From positions 1 through 24,031 of the forward strand of contig JBHGNT010000460.1 of assembly GCA_043228905.1 (NCBI GenBank): DNA of 24,031 nucleotides, in the 5' to 3' direction. The stretch is from Azolla caroliniana (Eukaryota > Plantae > Polypodiophyta). A model generated the notes under the pieces. That model searched no databases. It was not told the origin of the DNA and saw nothing but the letters and a program-made list of their open reading frames with translations. Below, piece by piece: positions 18,238 through 24,031 of the stretch (position 1 is its first letter; each line of letters begins with the position of its first letter). The translations under genes were made by a program, and so were the position numbers.

Positions 18238-21200
18238 CTAACCGGACTGGTTTGTCGTTACGCCCATCTGATGCCGAAGAGACCGAAAACGGTCTGCCGA
18301 AAGACATTTGGTCATTCCATCTGCGACATTGTCGGTTGTGGATATTTTCTCTAGACCGATTTTCCCTGAAATGACGCAGTCCCGAACGAAGTGATATCGA
18401 ACGTCGATATGTTTGGAGGCGTTGTGGTGAACCGGATTTTTCGACAAGGCAACAACACCTTGACTGTCGCTGTAGACAACTGGAGCCGAGTCATGGTCGA
18501 CTTGTCGAAACGTGTGCGCCAGCCGACCGAGCCACAAAGCTTCTTTTGCTGCGTCGGACGCAGCTACATATTCTGCTTCGGTCGTTGAGGTCGCTGTGCA
18601 CTCCTGAAGTTTCGACTTCCACGAGATTGCTCCATTGCCGAATTTGAAGCAGTATCCGGTTGTAGATTTCCGACTGTCTATACAGCCGGCGAAGTCCGAG
18701 TCGGTGTAACCGACTACGCCTGAGGTTCGGTTCGGACCGAAAAGAATGCCGTGGTCTTTTGTGCCAGCCAGATATCTGAACACATGTTTGACTGCGTTCC
18801 AATGCGATCGGCCAGGATTGTGCATAAATCTGCTAACGACTCCTACGGCGTGAGAAATATCAGGCCGTGTCGCGACCATCAGGTACATAAGGGAGCCGAC
18901 TGCCGGTGCATACGGTACCGACTTCATATCTTCCCCCTCCGGACCGGATGTCGGGCAGTCTCGCTGAGAGAGCCGAAGATTCATGGGGAGCGGGGTTGAA
19001 GCAGATTTGGCTGATTGCATGTTGAAGCGTTCTAAGACACGTCGGGTATAGTCGGTCTGAGACAAAAAAAGATGTCGTTTATCGCGATGCCGACTAATCT
19101 TCATGCCAAGGATGTGTCGTGCCGGACCGAGGTCCTTCATGGCAAACTTCAACCGCAGTTGCCGAATGAGATCGGCAAGTTCGCCCGCGTGGCGTCCAGA
19201 AATTAGCATGTCGTCCACGTAAATGATGAGGAAGATGGGTGATCCATCTTGAGCTGTGTTGGTGAAGAGACAATGGTCCTCATCGCTTTTTGAGAAGCCG
19301 ATCGATTGGATGAAGTCGTCGAACTTCTTGTACCATTGTCGCGGTGCCTGTTTGAGGCCGTATAGACTCTTCCTAAGTCGGCAGACTAGATGTTCTTGGC
19401 CAGTCGCCACGAAGCCTTTTGGCTGCTCCATATAAATTTCCTCGTCAAGATCACCATGGAGGAAGGCTGTTTTGACATCTAGCTGAATCAGCTCCAAGTT
19501 GTCGGCTGCCACTACGCCGAGTAGGAAACGAAGGGTTGTCATTTTCACCACTGGTGAAAAAATCTCGTCGAAGTCGACGCCATATTCTTGTCGGAAGCCC
19601 TTCGCAACTAATCTGGCCTTGTACTTTGGGGTGGTCGAATCAGACGTCTCTTTTAGTCGATAAACCCACTTGCAAGGAAGAGCACGTCGGTTCCTAGGTA
19701 ATTCAACCAGATCCCAAGTCTTGTTTGCCCGAATGGAGTGCATTTCCGACTCCATCGCTAGATGCCAGGTGGCTGAATCGACAGATGTCGATGCTTCTTC
19801 GTAAGACGTCGGTTCGCCGGCGTCGGTGAAGAAAATTCCAGGAGAATACCTCTCCGGAGGTTGCGACAGTCTCTCGGATCGTCGAGGTAAGATTGGACTG
19901 GTCGCATCGGGTATCAAGGTCGGATGGTCCGAAAGCGGATTGTTCTGCTGTGCCGAGTCGGGGTTGTCCGAGTCGGTAGTGTAAGGTTCAGCTACCCGTG
20001 AAGCTGACCGTGTGTTGAGAGCGGGGCCTTCTTGAAGGGTCGGCACATCGGAAAATGTTACCCTTCGGACTTCGATCGGTTTTTCGACTGATGGATTCAT
20101 AGCCGACTCGTTGAACACAACGTCCGAACTTCGAACGATTTGTCTGCGTTCGGGGTCCCAGAGTCGGTATCCCATTTCGCCGTCGGATCCATATCCAAGG
20201 AAAATGCATTTCCTGGACCGAGGTGCAGGTTTTCGGCGATCATCTTTCGGAATAAGGGCGTACGCCTCGCATCCGAAGATCCTCAGCTTGTCGTAATTCG
20301 GCTTACTGCCGATCCATAGTTCCTGAGGAATTTGAAGTCCTAGAGGTCTACTTGGCGACATATTGATTATGTGTACTGCCGTGAGTAGAGCCTCTGCCCA
20401 GAAGCCATCCGACAGTCCGGAGTGTTGGAGCATGGAAACTGTCCGTTCTTGGATTGTCCGATTCATGCGTTCGGCAATCCCGTTTTGCTCTGGACTGTGT
20501 GGTGCCGTAAATTCACGTCGGATGCCGCGTTGTCGGCAGAATTTGACGAATTCTTCGGATTTAAACTCTCCCCCATTGTCTGTCCGAAAGCATTTCAGCT
20601 TTCGGTCGGTTTGATTTTCCACCATAGCGAGCCAATCGGTGAAGATCGAGAAGACCCGATCTTTGGTGCGAATTGGATAAGCCCACACCTTTCGAGTCAA
20701 ATCGTCAATAAAAGTGACGAAGTAAGAGGCACCGCCGAGAGACTGATGCGGCATTGGGCCACAGACGTCCGAGTGGACCAAATCAAGAGGTCTCGTTTCT
20801 CTTGGTGCTGATGTCGGGTGTGATGCGGCTGCTTGTTTGCCATACTGGCAATGCTCGCAGAATTGATGGTCCGAGAAGGAGAGTTTGGGGATGTATCCGG
20901 CTCTAGATAGGTGCGTGATGCCGGCCTTGCTGAGGTGTCCTAATCGTCGGTGCCATAGTGATGACACAGGAATATCCACCAAAAACAGGTTACCCTCTCT
21001 GAGCGTAACATGTAACGGATACAGGGAGTGTATCTTGGGTCCTCTAGCAAGCAGGAGGTTCCCCCTGTGGAGTGTCCACCCTCCCGAAGAAAAACCGGCA
21101 CGAATGCCGTCTTCATCTAGTTGTCCGACTGAGATCAATGGCCTTGAGAGCTCGGGTACATGTCGGACATTGTGGAGTACAAGTGTAGAGCCACCGGCAA

Positions 21201-22248
21201 GGTTGAGCTCTACTGTGCCGATTCCGATGATGTCACAGTGTTGTGAGTTGCCGACTCGAACTGAGTCGGAGTGACGGATCGTATATTGCCGAAATTGGGA
21301 TCGATGAGGAGTCACGTGAAATGACGCGCCCGAATCTAAGAGCCATGTGCTCGATTCTTCAGTCGTGAGTAGAACTTCTGATCCGACTGGATTTTCGATT
21401 GATAGTATATTCGGGTCGTCCGGTAGTACATCATCTGAGAAGCTGACGTAATTGATCTCCTCATGCCGGCCACTCTTCTTGTTCTTGTTCTTGAGTGCGC
21501 GGCAGTCGGCTTTGATGTGTCCGGGTTTCTTGCAATAGTTGCAGATTCGGTTATCCCGTGACTGGCTCCGTCTTCGCTGATTGTTCGGCGGCCGTGAGGA
21601 ATCTCTTCCTCGTATGTTCGATCGGTCTGTCGAACCTTGTACTACGTAAGCGTCGTCTGTTGAGTCTTTGGCGAAAGACTTTCTCCGAGCTGCTTCGGTC
21701 AGGATTGCGCTCGTGACTTCGGAGTATTTAACAGCCGTGGTTGACGCGTTGCACACGGTTGTGACGAAAGTTTCCCATGATGAGGGAAGGCTGCTCATGA
21801 GTATCATTGCTCTGAGTTCATCCTCGATTGCCGTCCCCTGTGACGAGATTTGGGAGCTTATGCTTTCGTACTCATTGAGGTGTGCTTGAACCGAATCGGA
21901 TTCTTTCATCCGCAAGTTGTAGAGGCGCCGGATCAGAAACATCTTCGTTGCGGCGACCTTCTTTTCGTAAGTGTCCGACAGTGTTTTCCACAGTTCGAAT
22001 GCTGTCGTACACGATTGCACCGTAAAGTATACCGATTCCGATAGGTGCATCCGAATCGTGGCGCGGACAATTCTGTCCAGCTTCTGCCACTCAATTGGTT
22101 TGTATCCTTCTGGAGGTTCTTCATTTTCGATGGGATCGATTTGCCCCTTGACTATGAGATAGTCCTGCATTTGTTCCTTCCAGAAGTTGAAGTTCGATCC
22201 ATCGAACTTTCGTAGACTCATTTCTGACGAGCCGGTTGTTGATGCCAT
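18238..22248 (-). CDS. Copia gag-pol polyprotein, 1336 aa (Gag, zinc knuckle, aspartic protease, integrase, reverse transcriptase, RNase H)
   Basis: The first ATG is at 22248 (the ORF track's 22251 is TTG). Motifs: CNYCKKPGHIKADC (21502-21543), WLLDSGASFH, WHRRLGH...CEHC, HSDVCGP/RTDNGGEF/AERMNR (DDE), YVDD (19210-19221), YTDSDFAG, EAEY, KHIDVRYHF, ADGMTK. No stops or frameshifts. Confidence 0.98.
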   Translation of the reverse strand: MASTTGSSEMSLRKFDGSNFNFWKEQMQDYLIVKGQIDPIENEEPPEGYKPIEWQKLDRIVRATIRMHLSESVYFTVQSCTTAFELWKTLSDTYEKKVAATKMFLIRRLYNLRMKESDSVQAHLNEYESISSQISSQGTAIEDELRAMILMSSLPSSWETFVTTVCNASTTAVKYSEVTSAILTEAARRKSFAKDSTDDAYVVQGSTDRSNIRGRDSSRPPNNQRRRSQSRDNRICNYCKKPGHIKADCRALKNKNKKSGRHEEINYVSFSDDVLPDDPNILSIENPVGSEVLLTTEESSTWLLDSGASFHVTPHRSQFRQYTIRHSDSVRVGNSQHCDIIGIGTVELNLAGGSTLVLHNVRHVPELSRPLISVGQLDEDGIRAGFSSGGWTLHRGNLLLARGPKIHSLYPLHVTLREGNLFLVDIPVSSLWHRRLGHLSKAGITHLSRAGYIPKLSFSDHQFCEHCQYGKQAAASHPTSAPRETRPLDLVHSDVCGPMPHQSLGGASYFVTFIDDLTRKVWAYPIRTKDRVFSIFTDWLAMVENQTDRKLKCFRTDNGGEFKSEEFVKFCRQRGIRREFTAPHSPEQNGIAERMNRTIQERTVSMLQHSGLSDGFWAEALLTAVHIINMSPSRPLGLQIPQELWIGSKPNYDKLRIFGCEAYALIPKDDRRKPAPRSRKCIFLGYGSDGEMGYRLWDPERRQIVRSSDVVFNESAMNPSVEKPIEVRRVTFSDVPTLQEGPALNTRSASRVAEPYTTDSDNPDSAQQNNPLSDHPTLIPDATSPILPRRSERLSQPPERYSPGIFFTDAGEPTSYEEASTSVDSATWHLAMESEMHSIRANKTWDLVELPRNRRALPCKWVYRLKETSDSTTPKYKARLVAKGFRQEYGVDFDEIFSPVVKMTTLRFLLGVVAADNLELIQLDVKTAFLHGDLDEEIYMEQPKGFVATGQEHLVCRLRKSLYGLKQAPRQWYKKFDDFIQSIGFSKSDEDHCLFTNTAQDGSPIFLIIYVDDMLISGRHAGELADLIRQLRLKFAMKDLGPARHILGMKISRHRDKRHLFLSQTDYTRRVLERFNMQSAKSASTPLPMNLRLSQRDCPTSGPEGEDMKSVPYAPAVGSLMYLMVATRPDISHAVGVVSRFMHNPGRSHWNAVKHVFRYLAGTKDHGILFGPNRTSGVVGYTDSDFAGCIDSRKSTTGYCFKFGNGAISWKSKLQECTATSTTEAEYVAASDAAKEALWLGRLAHTFRQVDHDSAPVVYSDSQGVVALSKNPVHHNASKHIDVRYHFVRDCVISGKIGLEKISTTDNVADGMTKCLSADRFRSLRHQMGVTTNQSG

Positions 22249-22905
22249 CAAGTTCGGTTTTGGTTGACGAAGCTCGGTTCGGAGTTGACTACGAACCTTG
22301 TTGGAGTGCAGCCAGTTGGCTCACCCGATATCGTTCTAGTCGGATTTGAACCCAAGTCGGTTCGGCTTCGGAACTTGCTCGAATTGACTCCGGTAACTTG
22401 AGGGACAGAACCGACTGGTCTTCCCGAATGTTGCCGAGTCGGAGTGAGCCCGGTTCGCTTCGGATATATATGCCGAATACCGATTATTGAAACCGATTAT
22501 CTAGACCGATTCTGCTTCGGGTGGCTGCAGCGACGAGAGAGACATATCCAACTGATCCTCCCGAATGTCGATCAGCCGGATGAAGCGCGAATTGGGGTTG
22601 TTGTCTTGAGACCGATCTGCACCGAGTGGTTACAACGAGCGGCGAGCAGCGTTTAATGACCTTTTCGGATGCCGTTTAACCGAGTGGAGCGCGATCGTGT
22701 CAATGTTGCACAAGGGGATTTCACCTCGAGCGTTGCGATCACAAGGAACGGAGTACAACCGGCTGGCTTACTCCAAGCGAAGAGGATCTAACGCGAAGAG
22801 ATGCAAGCCTCGTTTTTCTTCTTCTTCTCTCTTCTTCGAATGACGCAGGAAACCGAATGCTGAGACGACGGCCGACAGCGGATTGAAGGACCGACTACTG
22901 TGCAG

Positions 22906-22917
22906 GCTCTGATACCA
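22906..22917 (-). other. Primer-binding site for initiator tRNA-Met (TGGTATCAGAGC)
   Basis: Plus gctctgatacca, 2 nt from the end of the 5' LTR. Confidence 0.96.
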
Positions 22918-22919
22918 GA

Positions 22920-23213
22920 TGTTGGAGACAAAGTCGTCTGTGCGGAAGATCAAGAAGCATTCGATTGCTGTTGAGTACCTGCGTATGACAGTTTGTAGGT
23001 CGTTGCACAGAGAGAGAGAGAGAGAGAGACAGACAGAGAGGCACAAAAGACTTTCTTATTCCATAAAGCAATAATACAACACCCAACCTTACAAAAAGGT
23101 TACAAGGTCAATATATATAGTGACCGACTTAGGGCAACTACCCTTTATGCTAATTACATAAATGGCCAAAACGGGATAGTGTGAATACGTCCATTATACA
23201 CATGTATTCGACA
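22920..23213 (-). repeat. 5' LTR of the intact element (294 bp)
   Basis: TG...CA, flanked by the PBS and the TSD. TATATATA near 23111-23119; CT tract on the sense strand downstream of it. Confidence 0.97.
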
Positions 23214-23218
23214 GTTTC

Positions 23219-23817
23219 CATGGGTGATCATCCGTGCCGAGTCTTTGACAGTCATTCGGTACCTGTCTTCGGCTAACATGCCGATGGAGACCATACTCCT
23301 CTTCAGATTGGGTATGTGCCGAACTTGGTGTAGGGTTATCATGTTGCCATTCGGCAGTCAGATGGGAACCTCTCTGATCCCTGTGATTACACACTCCTAC
23401 CTATTTCTGAGTCGGACTGTGTCGTTGGCGTCAGCCAAATAGTTCAAAAACCATTTGATGTTCGGGGTTACATGAAATGTGGCACCGGAATCCAACAACC
23501 ACATGTACGCGTCTTGTGGATTGTAGAGGACTTCTCTGATCATCAACCCCTCTAAGGAGAGGATTTCTCCCAATCGGGTGTCGACAACATTGACTTGGTT
23601 GCCAACTGGAGAGTGATTTCAGTCAGATCTTCCTCGATTATGCTCGGATCGTCGACCACTCTCTTTTCTCTTGATCGACTAGCAGTTGGAAACATTGTGA
23701 TCGGCTTTTTTGCAATGGGTGCAGAAATTGCCTGATCAGCCCGTTCTTGACTTTGACCGTTGTCGGTTGACGGGAACCCAACGTTCCTTATGCGCAACGC
23801 TCGGCCACAACCGAGAT
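23219..23817 (-). pseudogene. Decayed gag C-terminus and protease of the outer element
   Basis: Minus translation gives RQRSKSRTG*SGNFCTHCKKADHNVSNC* (zinc knuckle 23682-23723), WLLDSGATFHVTP, and LHQVRHIPNLKRSMVSIGML. Confidence 0.9.
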
Positions 23818-24031
23818 TATTTTCATACACAGAAAATAGGAAATAGAACACGACACAAAGAGGAAGACAAATACACAGGGTTAACGTGGAAAACCCCAAA
23901 CTAGGGGAAAAACCACGGCAGCCCACAGGCTGCAAACTGTCACTATGTATGAATGTACAAAACAGTGAGTTCACGGAGGCAACGACCTTGGACTCACGAT
24001 CTTCGCCACAGGCGGCAGTTACAACAGAGAC
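23818..24031 (-). mobile_element. Probable U5/R end of an LTR from a third copia family, inserted in the outer element's gag (truncated by the window)
   Basis: Gag similarity stops abruptly. The segment contains TTAACGTGGAAAACCCC...GGGGAAAAACCACGG (23881-23918), a motif I recognise from plant copia LTRs. It resembles neither of the other two LTRs. The left boundary is approximate (TA rather than TG). Confidence 0.65.

Larger units (their letters stand above)
17743..23213 (-). mobile_element. Intact, recently inserted Ty1/copia LTR retrotransposon (5471 bp; Tnt1/Tork-like by protein resemblance)
   Basis: Two TG...CA LTRs, perfect 5-bp TSD GTTTC (17738-17742 and 23214-23218), tRNAi-Met PBS, PPT, and one uninterrupted gag-pol ORF with PR-INT-RT-RH order. 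The lineage label is inference. Confidence 0.98.
13955..23817 (-). mobile_element. Old degenerate Ty1/copia LTR retrotransposon (outer element), interrupted by younger insertions; its 5' part lies beyond the window or is lost
   Basis: 3' LTR and PPT at the left end. Decayed RNase H, RT and integrase at 14699-17742. Protease and gag zinc knuckle at 23219-23817. The frame reads through (ITHGN|LKIGSGLKYNNLYP) once the inner element and one TSD copy are removed. Confidence 0.9.

Noticed and set aside
18391-22162. Many small ORFs within the intact element
   Set aside because: Antisense and alternative-frame shadows of the GC-rich gag-pol ORF.
23818-24031. Interpretation as the outer element's own 5' LTR
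   Set aside because: No similarity to 13955-14271 and no adjacent PBS.

Overview
Land-plant nuclear DNA; a fern is a plausible source from the look of the copia proteins, but that is a guess. The left half has two divergent, intron-containing genes. One is the 5' part of an EGY1-type chloroplast M50/site-2 zinc metalloprotease (minus strand, running off the left edge). The other is a complete metal tolerance protein C4 (MTPC4/MTP7, ZnT9-like cation diffusion facilitator) gene on the plus strand, 6468-12503. Between them is a ~2.35 kb microsatellite-rich intergenic region. The right half is a nest of Ty1/copia LTR retrotransposons, all on the minus strand. An old, deleted element (3' LTR 13955-14271) was hit by a young intact element (17743-23213; GTTTC target-site duplication, LTRs identical outside a microsatellite, 1336-aa gag-pol). 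It was probably also hit by a third family whose LTR end starts near 23818. I see no convincing new multi-gene system. The most unusual signals are: (i) an inverted 64-bp LTR U5 end plus 2 extra nt between two diverged 88-bp copies inside the old element's pol; (ii) an inverted repeat bracketing the PPT/3'-LTR junction in both copia families, with different arm sequences; (iii) a frame-preserving pair of small exons joined by a putative GC-AG intron in the MTPC4 N-terminus.
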